From contig OY762897.2 in NCBI GenBank assembly GCA_963666515.2, forward strand, positions 160,001-224,000: a stretch of DNA of 64,000 nucleotides, in the 5' to 3' direction. The position numbers and the translations under genes are program-made. Positions 47,864 through 57,253 of this stretch are shown here, piece by piece (positions within the stretch are counted from its first letter, which is position 1; every line of letters starts with the position of its first letter). This DNA is from Candidatus Binatia bacterium. Its GTDB lineage: Bacteria > Desulfobacterota > Binatia > UBA9968 > JAJDTQ01. The notes beneath the pieces are model-generated. The model did not search any database, was not told the DNA's origin, and was given only the letters and a program-made list of their open reading frames with translations.

Positions 47864-49009
47864 ATGTCATCCAGGAATCATCCCATGCTGGAGGCGGCCA
47901 GGTCGCTGGCTCCGCAAATCCGGGCCTGCGCGGACCGGATCGAGGCGGAGCGCGAGCTGCCTCGGGAACTGTTCGACACGCTGGCGGATGCCGGCCTCTT
48001 CAAGCTCGGACTGCCGCGGTCCCTGGAAGGGGTCGAGATCGACCTGCCGTCCTATGTCGACGTGCTGGAGGAGCTGGGCAAGGCCGATGCCAGCACCGCG
48101 TGGCTGGTGAACCAGTGCTCGATCTTCGCCACTTACGCGGCGCGCATGGCGCCGGATGTGGCACGGGAAATCTGGACCGATACCCCGCGCTGCGTGGTGG
48201 CCAACACGTCCATGCCCACGGCCGAGGCCGTGCCGGCGCCGGGCGGGTACCGGGTCACCGGCCGCCACCGCTTCAGCTCGGGTTCCCTGCACGCGTCGTG
48301 GTTCGCCGCGCGCGCGTGGCTGCCGGAACCGGACGGCGAGCGGGTGCAGAAGTTCCTTTTCGTGCCGGCCGCGGAGGTGGAGGTGGTGGACATCTGGAAG
48401 GTGCGCGGCATGCGCGGCACCGGCACCAATGACTTCATCGTGGACGGCGCCTTCGTCCCCGAAGAGCGCGTTATCCGTCAGCTCGGCAGTCCGGTGCGGG
48501 AGCCGGGGCCGCTGTACAAGATCGCCCTGGTGCTCCTGTTCGCCTCGGGCGACGCCGCGCTGGCCCTGGGCGCGGCTCAGGCGTGCCTGGACGCGTTCCT
48601 GGAACTGGCCGGGGCCAAGACGCCCCACGCCATGCAGGCCATGCTGCGGGACCAGTCGCCGGTGCAGGTGGCCGTGGGGCAGATCCAGGCCTCGCTCTCG
48701 TCGAGCCGGGCCTACATCCGGGAAGCCGTGCGGGCCCTCTGGTCAGAGGCCGTGTCGCCGGACCCCCTCACCCTGGACCGGCGCCTCGGTTTGCGCCTGG
48801 CCGCCACCCACTGCATCCGCTCGGCGATCCAGGCGGTGGAGACCCTCTACAACCTCTCCGGCACCACCGCCGTCTTCGAGGGCAACGTCATCCAGCGGAT
48901 CTTCCAGGACCTCCACGTCATCAGCCAGCACCAGCAGGTGCGCCTGGCCAACTACGAGCTGGCGGGCAAGCACGTCCTGGGACTGGAGATCGAGACGACG
49001 CGGCTCTGA
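47864..49009 (+). CDS. acyl-CoA-dehydrogenase-fold flavin-dependent monooxygenase (HsaA/HpaH-C2-like)
   Basis: IEAERELP, DASTAW, FSSG, W.V.GMRGTG, IQRIFQD.H...QH. Confidence 0.85.
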   Translation: MSSRNHPMLEAARSLAPQIRACADRIEAERELPRELFDTLADAGLFKLGLPRSLEGVEIDLPSYVDVLEELGKADASTAWLVNQCSIFATYAARMAPDVAREIWTDTPRCVVANTSMPTAEAVPAPGGYRVTGRHRFSSGSLHASWFAARAWLPEPDGERVQKFLFVPAAEVEVVDIWKVRGMRGTGTNDFIVDGAFVPEERVIRQLGSPVREPGPLYKIALVLLFASGDAALALGAAQACLDAFLELAGAKTPHAMQAMLRDQSPVQVAVGQIQASLSSSRAYIREAVRALWSEAVSPDPLTLDRRLGLRLAATHCIRSAIQAVETLYNLSGTTAVFEGNVIQRIFQDLHVISQHQQVRLANYELAGKHVLGLEIETTRL

Positions 49010-49041
49010 CCCTGGTGACCGGACAGGACGCCAGGCTCTCC

Positions 49042-50157
49042 CTACAAACGCCAGAGCCTTCTGGGGTTGTCGTTCAGGATCTTGCGCTTGGACTCCTCGT
49101 CGATGTCGGTGCGCTGCCGCATCACGCGCAAGGCGTCCATTTGGCTCGACCCGTCGTAGTGGCCGTAGTCGCTGCCGATGACGAGGTTGTCCGGCCCGCA
49201 GCGGTGGGTGTAGGCGAACTCGTCGTCGTTCTGGCAGGTGACGAAGATGTTGAACTCCTTGAGCACGTCGTCGGGCAGGGGCGTGCCGCGCTGCAGGCTG
49301 CGCCGCTTGGCCTCGTGGAGCATCCAGGGAAGCCACATGGAGCCAGCCTCGATGAAGGCCCAGCGGAGGTCGGGGTACTTGAGCGGTAGCTGGCTCTCGA
49401 TCAGGCCCTCGCACGAGCCCGCGGTCAACAGGCGGAACCGCATGAGGCCGAAGGCGTTGGGATCGTAGGCCGGGCGGGTGATGTCGATGATGTCCTGGTT
49501 GCCGTTGCCGATGTGGGTGGCGATGACCATGTCGAGGCGCTGGGCCTCTTCGAAGAGCGGGTGGAAGTAGGGATCGATGGGAAGCCGCCGCCCCAGGATC
49601 GGCGGGATGGCGACCCCCACCGCGCCGTGGTCGCGAGCCCAGTTGAGGAGTTCCAGGGAGGCGTCCATGCTCATCAACGGCAGCACCGAGCACCACCGCA
49701 GGCGCCCGTCCGCCCGTTCCCACATGTCCGCCACCCAGCGGTTCCAGCTCTTGCACAGCGCCAGCTCCACCTCGGGCCGGTCGGTGGTGGGCACCGTCCA
49801 CAGCGTGTGGAACAGCACCTGGGTGTCGATGCCCAGGCGGTCCATGTGCCGGAGCCGCCGCTCCACGTCGTCTTCGCGCGAGCCGATGGGGGTCACGAGG
49901 TCCCGGCCCTGCTCGCGCGACCGCTCCGCCATCTCTTCCTCGGTGAGGGTGATGAACCGGAAGCCCCGGGCCTGCCCGTTGATGATCCACCACTGGAAGT
50001 GGGGGTCGGTGGGGTGCGCCGCCAACACCGGGCGGTACTTCTCGTCCTCCGGATCCATGAACTCCCAGGTCCGCTCCGTTTCCACCACGTGGGCGTCGGA
50101 GTCGATGAGGGTGTAGTCCGCATCCGATTCGACAACCGGTCGGGCGTTGATGGCCAT
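49042..50157 (-). CDS. amidohydrolase_2 family protein
   Basis: IDSDAHVVE, RLRHMDRLGID, FIEAG, GSDYGH; RBS AGGAGGAG. Confidence 0.87.
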   Translation of the reverse strand: MAINARPVVESDADYTLIDSDAHVVETERTWEFMDPEDEKYRPVLAAHPTDPHFQWWIINGQARGFRFITLTEEEMAERSREQGRDLVTPIGSREDDVERRLRHMDRLGIDTQVLFHTLWTVPTTDRPEVELALCKSWNRWVADMWERADGRLRWCSVLPLMSMDASLELLNWARDHGAVGVAIPPILGRRLPIDPYFHPLFEEAQRLDMVIATHIGNGNQDIIDITRPAYDPNAFGLMRFRLLTAGSCEGLIESQLPLKYPDLRWAFIEAGSMWLPWMLHEAKRRSLQRGTPLPDDVLKEFNIFVTCQNDDEFAYTHRCGPDNLVIGSDYGHYDGSSQMDALRVMRQRTDIDEESKRKILNDNPRRLWRL

Positions 50158-50213
50158 GATCTCCTCCTGTCGTTGGCCGGAAGGGGAGTACGGTTTTCGG
50201 GAGTACGGTTTCG

Positions 50214-51074
50214 CTACAGCGCCACCGCCGACTCGTAGGGTTCGTCCAGAGGCGTGTCTTCGCCGAAGAGGTTCCGGGTCGCGATCCAGCGGTGCGTCTT
50301 CTCGTACACTTCCTGGGTGTAGGGCTCGAAGACCATGCGCTCGCCGACTCCCATGGCCCTGACGTCCACCAGTTCGTGGTAGCGCTCGGGAATCTCCCTC
50401 AGGAGATAGTGCCGGAAACGCTCCGGCTCCATGTCGATGTCGCGTTGCGCGCGTTGCAGCGCCTTGAAGTACTTCTTCGCGTCCTCTTCGTCGGCGTCCG
50501 GCTCCAGCAGGAAGCCGATCATGAAGGTGGTATCGACGATCTTGCGGAAACCCTGCTGCTCCAGCACGTACATGGGCGCGCCGAAGACGTTGCCCGCCGG
50601 CACGTCGCGTTCCAGCAGCCGCGCCATGCGGTCCAGCGGCCGGCCGGCGAACTGCAGCTTGACCTCGGAAGAATCGAGAATGGGCTCTAGCGCCTGCAGC
50701 GCCGAGAAATGGCTCCCGGAGTGATACCCTACCGCGATCTCCACGTTGGCCAGGTCGCTGGGCTTGCGGATTTCGGACTCGGGCGGCACGAAGATGCCCG
50801 AAGGCGTCACAGAGTAGGCGTGTCCCCACATGCGGCCGTGCTGCCCGGTGGCGGCCACGTTGACCATCCAGTGACACGCTGAACTGATGTCGCAGGCACG
50901 GCCGTCCTTCATGTCCTCCAGGGCTCCGTGACGGACTTCCTTGGGCTTTTCGGACTGCTGCGAAACGATGCCGAAGACGAACTCGTAGTCCAGCCCTTCG
51001 GCCTTGAAATAGCCCAGCTCCTCCGCCACCCATTCCTGGAGCCTGCCGTGCGGCTGTACGCGAAATTTTGCCAT
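50214..51074 (-). CDS. type II periplasmic-binding-fold (NMT1/SsuA-like) protein without signal peptide
   Basis: VAEELGYFKAEGLD, SEI.KP.DL, AVGYHSGSH; no hydrophobic N-terminus. Confidence 0.75.
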   Translation of the reverse strand: MAKFRVQPHGRLQEWVAEELGYFKAEGLDYEFVFGIVSQQSEKPKEVRHGALEDMKDGRACDISSACHWMVNVAATGQHGRMWGHAYSVTPSGIFVPPESEIRKPSDLANVEIAVGYHSGSHFSALQALEPILDSSEVKLQFAGRPLDRMARLLERDVPAGNVFGAPMYVLEQQGFRKIVDTTFMIGFLLEPDADEEDAKKYFKALQRAQRDIDMEPERFRHYLLREIPERYHELVDVRAMGVGERMVFEPYTQEVYEKTHRWIATRNLFGEDTPLDEPYESAVAL

Positions 51075-51182
51075 GGTTCCGTTCCTTCCGAGTGCGTGAT
51101 TCCGACGAAACGTCGATGACACCACGTTAATGGAAGGGCGGCGGCGCGTCAACGGCTACAGGGCCGAGCCGGCCGGAACCAT

Positions 51183-51220
51183 GAAAGGGGGCCTCCCGCC
51201 ACCGGGCGGGAAGCCCCTTC
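51183..51220. terminator. probable terminator hairpin
   Basis: GGGGCCTCCCGCC-ACCG-GGCGGGAAGCCCC, imperfect stem flanked by GAAA and TTCT. Confidence 0.45.
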
Positions 51221-51250
51221 TATTCCGGCAAGCCGGAGCCGGACGTGCAC

Positions 51251-51898
51251 TCAGCGGTTCTCCTTCACCACCTCCACGTGCTCGGAAGTCGTCCGCTCGT
51301 CGCCGCTGGTCTCCCCGGGTGAGGCTATGAATGTCTGGTCGGCGTTAACCAATCCGGGGGTAGCGCGATCCGGCCCATGCCAGGCGAAGTCGGCCAGGGC
51401 ATTGCCGGAGCCCCTGAGCTGGAGCGAATGGCCGGGCTGCGTGTTGTTGGTCTCGCGGACGCCGATGTCCGTGGCCGCAAGGCCCTCCGCCGGTCCGGAA
51501 ACCGCGGTAAAGCCGCCCTCGTAGCTCATGAACTGGACTACTTCGTTGTCCGGGTTGACCAGCGCGACGCCGTCCGGCGCTCCGTTCTCCAAACGGTTGA
51601 TGGGAACGGCTACCGTGCCGTAGCCTGCCTGCTGGTCGGGAATGGACCCCTTCAGAGCGACCGTCCGGTAGGGCAGGCCGTTCTTGCCGTTGTAGAGCAC
51701 CAGGCTCCAGCCCTTCATGTCGGTGCCGGCCGGTCCGGCGACCTCCAGGCCCTCGTCGGCGTCCGCGCCGCGGTTGTCGTAGTGGATCTCGTTGATGAAC
51801 ACGTTCTGCCCCCAAGCGGGATACGCGGCCCACAGGAACAGTCCCAAAATCGCCGTGGCCGACAGCCACCGGCTCAAGCCTCTCGAAACTTCGCGCAT
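51251..51898 (-). CDS. secreted lamin-tail-like domain protein (normally N-terminal to ExeM/NucH nucleases)
   Basis: Signal peptide, then VFINEIHYDN.G.D, EVAGPAGTD, LYNG, QFMSYEG, SLQL.G, TPG. Confidence 0.75.
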   Translation of the reverse strand: MREVSRGLSRWLSATAILGLFLWAAYPAWGQNVFINEIHYDNRGADADEGLEVAGPAGTDMKGWSLVLYNGKNGLPYRTVALKGSIPDQQAGYGTVAVPINRLENGAPDGVALVNPDNEVVQFMSYEGGFTAVSGPAEGLAATDIGVRETNNTQPGHSLQLRGSGNALADFAWHGPDRATPGLVNADQTFIASPGETSGDERTTSEHVEVVKENR

Positions 51899-52064
51899 GG
51901 TTGCACCTCCTTCGCGCAAGGCGTTTGATCATGCCGGGTCGTGATGTCCCGGCCCCTGTATTATTGAATCGCCGGAAACGCCGGAAACTTTAGCCCGGAT
52001 TTCCGATTTCGAAGATGTGGGGACGGCGTGTATCGACCGGCAGCGCGGTTTTCGGAGCGGCGGA

Positions 52065-53378
52065 TCAGTTCATCAGCCCCGGCAGCCACAGCACCAGGGC
52101 GGGAAAGAGGATCATCAGCGCCATCACCAGGAGGTTCAGCCCGACGAAGGGGAGGGCGGCCCGGTAGATGTCGCCCATGGTGGTGCCGGGCGAGGCGATG
52201 CCCTTCATGACGAACAGCGAGAGCCCGAAGGGCGGCGAGATGGTGGCCAGCTCCAGATTGAGGAGCATGATGGCCCCGAACCAGACCGGGTCCCATCCCA
52301 GGGCGTTGACGATGGGCATGTAGATGGGGATGGTCACCAGCACGATGGAGGTCTGCTCGATGAACATGCCCAGGAACACCAGCACCACCTGCATCAGGAT
52401 GAGGATGACGATGGGGTGAACCGGAAGACCCACCACCAGGTTGGTGATCCCCGCGGTGACGCCGGTGAAGGCCAGCACTTGGCTGAAGGCGGCGGAGCCG
52501 GTGAGGATGATCAGCACCATCACCGCGATGGAGGTGGTGGCGCCCACCGCCTCCTTGGTGACGCTCCAGGTCAGCTTGCCGTAGGCCATGGCCAGCAGGA
52601 AGCAGAACAGCGCGCCCACGGCCGCGGCCTCGGTGGGCGTGGCCACGCCGAAGAAGATCGTCCCGATGACGATGATGATGACCGACACCAGCGGCACGAC
52701 GTAGCGGAAGGTGTCCGCGATACGGCGCCCCAGGGGGGTCGGCGCCACGTCATAGGCCGGCGCCAGCGAGGGTTGGAGGGTGCACCGGATGACGATGTAG
52801 GCGGCGTAGACGCCGGCCAGCAGCAGGCCGGGGATGATGATCCCCACCAGGAGCTTCCCCACCGAGATCTTGCCCAGGCTCGCCAGGATGACGCCCAGGG
52901 CGGTGGGCGGGATCATGATGGCGAGGCTGCCGCTGGCCAGGATGGGGCCGTAGGACATGGACTTGCTGTAGCCGCGCTTCTCCATGTCCGGCACCAGGGT
53001 GGAGCCCAGCATGGCCACGCTGCCCATGGCCACGCCGGTGAGGGTGGCGAACAGCGCGCCGGCGCCCACCGCGAGCAGCGACAGCCGGCCGGCGATGCGG
53101 CCCAGCCACTCGTCCAGGACGTCGATCATCTTGTAGGCCACGCCGGAGTGGAACATGACCGCCCCCATGAGGATGAACATGGGCACGGGCACCAGCACGA
53201 AGGTGGAGATGGAGCTGTCGATGCTCAAGACGAGCTGCTGCAGGCCGATGGCGCCGCCCCAGAACACGTAGACCCCGATGATGTTCACCAGCGTGAAGGC
53301 GAAGGCCACCGGCAGCCCGGTCAGCAGCAGCACGGTCAGGCCGCCGAAGAAGAACAGCATGTAGGCCCACCACTCCAC
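52065..53378 (-). CDS. dctM: TRAP large permease
   Basis: MIPPT, ATPTEAA, DPVWFG, SPPFG; GTG start. Confidence 0.92.
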   Translation of the reverse strand: MEWWAYMLFFFGGLTVLLLTGLPVAFAFTLVNIIGVYVFWGGAIGLQQLVLSIDSSISTFVLVPVPMFILMGAVMFHSGVAYKMIDVLDEWLGRIAGRLSLLAVGAGALFATLTGVAMGSVAMLGSTLVPDMEKRGYSKSMSYGPILASGSLAIMIPPTALGVILASLGKISVGKLLVGIIIPGLLLAGVYAAYIVIRCTLQPSLAPAYDVAPTPLGRRIADTFRYVVPLVSVIIIVIGTIFFGVATPTEAAAVGALFCFLLAMAYGKLTWSVTKEAVGATTSIAVMVLIILTGSAAFSQVLAFTGVTAGITNLVVGLPVHPIVILILMQVVLVFLGMFIEQTSIVLVTIPIYMPIVNALGWDPVWFGAIMLLNLELATISPPFGLSLFVMKGIASPGTTMGDIYRAALPFVGLNLLVMALMILFPALVLWLPGLMN

Positions 53379-53389
53379 CGGCGGTCACC

Positions 53390-53914
53390 TCAATGGCCCG
53401 GGTCGGCGACGGCGGCGGGCGGCGCGCCGCCGTCGAGGGCGCGCCGGGCCCGTCTCATGAACTGGAAGGAGAGGAGAAAGCAGCCAAGTGGAATGACGCC
53501 CAGGTTGATGACCCTGGGGATCTCGATCTCCGCCGGGATGAGGATGCCCCGCTGCCAGGACGTCACCGCCTCGACGGTGCCGTAGTAGGCGATCACCAGG
53601 CAGATCAGGGCGCCGATGACGGAATTGACGCAGGTCAGCCGGCGGCGGGTCGCGGTTCCGAGCCGGGTGACCAGCAGGTCGATGGTGACGTGCTCCTCAC
53701 GCCGGAGCACCCAGGCGGCGCCCAGGAAGGCGATGTAGACCAGCAGCGTGCCGCTGATCTGGTCGACCCCCAGCAGGCCCTCCCGGAGACCGTACCGGAA
53801 GAAGACCTTGACGGAGGTCAGGAGCATGACGGCCACCAAGAGGGCGCCCGACAGCGCCGCGCCGGCATCCAGGAGCCAGTCGAAGACGCGGATGATTTTC
53901 TTGCCGGCCGTCAT
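53390..53914 (-). CDS. dctQ: TRAP small permease
   Basis: FLGAAWVL..EHVTID, about 4 TM segments. Confidence 0.88.
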   Translation of the reverse strand: MTAGKKIIRVFDWLLDAGAALSGALLVAVMLLTSVKVFFRYGLREGLLGVDQISGTLLVYIAFLGAAWVLRREEHVTIDLLVTRLGTATRRRLTCVNSVIGALICLVIAYYGTVEAVTSWQRGILIPAEIEIPRVINLGVIPLGCFLLSFQFMRRARRALDGGAPPAAVADPGH

Positions 53915-53930
53915 GCAGAGGCGTGAGCCG

Positions 53931-54932
53931 TCAGTTGTATCCCATCAGCTTCCTGGCCGTGGCATAGTCGTCCGCGCTCATCACGGTCTTGAAGTGCGCC
54001 CACAGGGCCTCGTTGGAGGTCTTGGCCCAGTTCTTCGCCTCGGCGTCCGAGAACTTGATGACCTTCATGCCGGCCTTCTTCATGGCCGCCAACTGATAGG
54101 CCTGGTGCGCGGACATCCATCCGGCGGACCAGCGCTGGACCGGAGCGACGGAATCCAGCATGGCCTGCTGCACGTCCTTGGACAGGCTGTTCCACTTCTT
54201 CAGGTTCACCGCGATGCCGATGCCGTCCCGGTACAGCGGGTGGCCGATGAGGAACTTGGTCACCTTGTGCCAGCCGAAGTTGGTGAAGCCGTCGTAGTAC
54301 GGCCAGGTGAAGCCTTCCACCGTGCCCCTCTCCAGGGCGAGGTAGACTTCCGACGGCGGAAGGGTCACGGGCTCCGCGCCCACCGCCTTGACGAAGAAGC
54401 GCGTCAGCGGCGGCACCCGGATCTTCATGCCCTTCAGGTCGGCCGGGCTCGAAACCTCCTTCTGGGTGGACATGAAATGGTTGCCGGTGTTCCGGTCGCC
54501 CGAGAAGGCGCCGAGGTAGCGGACGCCCTGCTTCTCGTACATCTTGACCATGAAGTCGTGCAGCGCGTTCCCCGGCCCGCCGTCGGGAGGCTCCATGGGC
54601 GACAGCTCGGTCACGTATCCCGGCTTGACCACGCCCGCCCAGTAGTTCAGGGCGCCGTACCAGACGTCGAACACGCCCCGCACCAGCGCTTCGGGCTGGT
54701 CGAAGGTCGGCACGACCTCCCGCGCGCCCTTGAAGTTGATCACCACCTTGCCGTTGGCGCGCCGGTTCACCTCTTCCATGTAGCGGATGCCGACGTCGGC
54801 CGCGGACGAGACCCCCGGAGGCCATGAGCCCACCATGTTCAATTTCGTCTGGGCGGATGCTTGTTCGGCTCCGCTCCAGAACAGCGCCAGAGCCGCCACC
54901 ACGAATACTCCGATCAAGCCGTTTCGCTTCAT
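53931..54932 (-). CDS. dctP: TRAP solute-binding protein
   Basis: Signal peptide MKRNGLIG..., DLKGMKIRV, EVYLALERG; RBS GAGGAGG. Confidence 0.9.
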   Translation of the reverse strand: MKRNGLIGVFVVAALALFWSGAEQASAQTKLNMVGSWPPGVSSAADVGIRYMEEVNRRANGKVVINFKGAREVVPTFDQPEALVRGVFDVWYGALNYWAGVVKPGYVTELSPMEPPDGGPGNALHDFMVKMYEKQGVRYLGAFSGDRNTGNHFMSTQKEVSSPADLKGMKIRVPPLTRFFVKAVGAEPVTLPPSEVYLALERGTVEGFTWPYYDGFTNFGWHKVTKFLIGHPLYRDGIGIAVNLKKWNSLSKDVQQAMLDSVAPVQRWSAGWMSAHQAYQLAAMKKAGMKVIKFSDAEAKNWAKTSNEALWAHFKTVMSADDYATARKLMGYN

Positions 54933-55022
54933 CTTCGCTCCTCCTCTCGGGACGCCCACTTGCAGAGGCGTCCACAACGCGAAAGTTCCGGGAACTCGCG
55001 GTTCCCGCCGAAGCCCGGCCCG

Positions 55023-55051
55023 ATTAGACGCCTTTGCCGGAACCCTGTCAA
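55023..55051 (-). promoter_or_regulatory. sigma70-type promoter of dctPQM operon 3
   Basis: TTGACA-N17-TCTAAT on the minus strand. Confidence 0.5.
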
Positions 55052-55096
55052 CATGTTTCGGCGGCGGGAAAGGTCCTTGATTCGGTATGCGAAGAC

Positions 55097-55705
55097 TCAG
55101 GTGCGGAACATGGCGGGCACGTAGCGCGGCGCCCCGATGGCGTCCATGAAGCGCTGCTTCATCATGGGCGGGTTCATGGGGAACGCCGGCTTCACCGGCG
55201 GTATGTCGGGCTCGGTGGCCAGCACCAGGAAGGAGGGACTCTCCTCCGCCAGGGCCGGCGGCAGGAGCGCCCGGAAGGCTTCGAGGGAGGCCACGTTCTG
55301 TGCCTTGCCGATGCCGGCGGAACGGGCTAGGGCCGCCAGGTCCAGTTCGGTGCTGGTGAGCGGCTGACCCCCGGACGCCGCGTGGATGTTGTTGTTCACC
55401 AGCAGCACGGTGAGGTTTTTCGGAGCGACCGATCCCACCGTGATCAGCGTTCCCAGATGCATCATCAGGCCGCCGTCGCCTTCCACCGCCACCACTCGCC
55501 GTTGCGGCTGGGATACGGCCAGACCCAGGGCCAGCGGCAGGGCCAGCCCCATGGCGTCTTCCAGGTAGAAGTTCTCCGGGCGGTCGCAGACGTTGGACCA
55601 GACGTACGAGGCGTTGCCCAGGGAGGTGACCACCAGGGTCTCGGCCGACACGCACTCGGCGAGCACGCGGTAGTAGGCTTTCCGTGTCGGTCTTGATTCG
55701 CTCAC
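55097..55705 (-). CDS. ThDP-dependent decarboxylase beta subunit (ComE/phosphonopyruvate decarboxylase-like)
   Basis: NFYL..AMGLA, GDGG...NN ThDP motif, SGGQP; GTGA-coupled to the alpha subunit. Confidence 0.82.
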   Translation of the reverse strand: MSESRPTRKAYYRVLAECVSAETLVVTSLGNASYVWSNVCDRPENFYLEDAMGLALPLALGLAVSQPQRRVVAVEGDGGLMMHLGTLITVGSVAPKNLTVLLVNNNIHAASGGQPLTSTELDLAALARSAGIGKAQNVASLEAFRALLPPALAEESPSFLVLATEPDIPPVKPAFPMNPPMMKQRFMDAIGAPRYVPAMFRT

Positions 55706-56217
55706 CAGCGGATGTCCTCGCTGTCCAGCAACAGCACGAAGGGCGCCGAGCCCTCCTCGGCAAAGGTCGCGGCGCGTTCCACCTGCGCGCCGATGGGGCG
55801 GTCCGGTTGGGCCACGGCATACGAGACCCCGTACGCCCGCAGCACCGGCTCCGTCGCCCGCCCCTTGGGGACGTGGTAGAAGACCGGGTCCCGCGGCGAC
55901 CCCCGGTACGAGGCCAGGATAAGGATGGGGAACTGGTAGCGCTGGGCCAAGCATACCATGCCGGCGCCGGTGGTCAGAAGCCCGACGTTCTGAATCAGCA
56001 GCACCGTGCGCGCCCCGCCAAGCCGCGCGCCGCAGGAGATGGACAGGGCCTCCTCCTCGTGGGTGGCGCGGATGAGGGTCATCTCGGGATCCTCCTCGAT
56101 CTTCTCCATGAAGACCCCGATCCAACTGTCGGGAACCGAGACCACGACGCTCACGCCGGCCCGCTTCAGGGCGGCCAGCAGCTCGCTCGGCCGATGGTTC
56201 GTGGTTTCCTCGCTCAT
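55702..56217 (-). CDS. ThDP-dependent decarboxylase alpha subunit (ComD-like)
   Basis: SVPDS, HEEEA, IQNVG, SYRG. Confidence 0.82.
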   Translation of the reverse strand: MSEETTNHRPSELLAALKRAGVSVVVSVPDSWIGVFMEKIEEDPEMTLIRATHEEEALSISCGARLGGARTVLLIQNVGLLTTGAGMVCLAQRYQFPILILASYRGSPRDPVFYHVPKGRATEPVLRAYGVSYAVAQPDRPIGAQVERAATFAEEGSAPFVLLLDSEDIRW

Positions 56218-56237
56218 GTATTCGCACCCCGGCGTCG

Positions 56238-56301
56238 CCCGCGGTGGAACAGCGCCTTCCGCCGTCCCCCGCGGTGGAACAGCGCCTTCCGCCGTCCCCC
56301 G
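56238..56301. repeat. 30-bp tandem duplication
   Basis: GCGGTGGAACAGCGCCTTCCGCCGTCCCCC identical at 56241-56270 and 56271-56300. Confidence 0.9.
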
Positions 56302-56392
56302 GCGGGTCGGACCGGATCATATCCAACGTGACTACGGATCACAAGACGGAACTGGTATGAAGGCGAGTGAAGGGACCCGCCAGAAACCCGCC

Positions 56393-57253
56393 ATGCGTAT
56401 TTTCGCCATATCCGACGTGCACGCGGACTACCCGGAGAACATGGCCCTGCTGCAGGCCCTCTCCGGTCAGGAGCACCAGCGGGACACCTTGCTGTTGGCG
56501 GGGGACGTGACCGACAACCTCGCCAGGCTGACCCGGGTCCTCCAAGGTCTGCGCGAACGGTTTGCCCACGTCTTCTTCGTGCCCGGGAACCACGAGCTGT
56601 GGGTGCGCGGCGGCGAGTCCGGAGACTCCGTGGCCAAGTTCGAGAGAATCATGCGGTTGTGCGCCGACCTCGGGGTGGCAACGAGCCCGGCCAAGGTCGC
56701 TACCGGCGCCGGGGACCCCGGAGCCTGGGTGGTGCCGCTTTTCTCGTGGTACGTGAAGCCCGAGCAGGGCGACGACAGCCTCTACATCCCCGGGGACGGC
56801 GACGACCCGAGCCTCTCGATGTGGGTGGATGAATTCCTCACCCGGTGGCCGGAACGCCTGTCCGTGGCGGACTACTTCCTCGACATGAACAAGCCCCACC
56901 TCCATCGCGAATACGACGCGCCGGTCCTGTCGTTCAGCCACTTCCTGCCCAGACAGGAGATGATGTTTCGCTCGCCGGCCCTACCATCCCCGCGAGTCGT
57001 CCGCGCCGTTCGCACCGCCCGTGCCGCCCGGTTCAACTTCAGCCGGGTGGCGGGCAGCGTCCGGATCGAGGCGCAGATCCGAGCGTTGGGCTCGGTGCTG
57101 CACGTCCACGGCCACCAGCACCGCAACCGCGACCGGGTCATCGACGGCGTGCGCTACGTCTCCAACTGCCTGGGCTATCCGCCGGAGCGCGCCCGGGGCG
57201 AGATCGGTGAATCGGCCGGCAGTCTCAAGCTCGTGTGGGACACGGGCTCTTAG
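56393..57253 (+). CDS. calcineurin-like metallophosphoesterase (alternative start 56357)
   Basis: ISDVH, AGD, GNHE, SHF, GHQH motifs. Confidence 0.87.
   Translation: MRIFAISDVHADYPENMALLQALSGQEHQRDTLLLAGDVTDNLARLTRVLQGLRERFAHVFFVPGNHELWVRGGESGDSVAKFERIMRLCADLGVATSPAKVATGAGDPGAWVVPLFSWYVKPEQGDDSLYIPGDGDDPSLSMWVDEFLTRWPERLSVADYFLDMNKPHLHREYDAPVLSFSHFLPRQEMMFRSPALPSPRVVRAVRTARAARFNFSRVAGSVRIEAQIRALGSVLHVHGHQHRNRDRVIDGVRYVSNCLGYPPERARGEIGESAGSLKLVWDTGS

Noticed and set aside
49042-51033. Apparent long N-terminal extensions or fusions in the ORF track (663 aa here; 629 aa at 53931-55820; 409 aa at 55097-56326)
   Set aside because: The extensions are off-frame readings of the upstream genes; internal starts at 50157, 54932 and 55705 have an RBS or stop/start coupling
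56238-56301. Possible CRISPR array
   Set aside because: Two abutting copies with no spacer and no cas genes
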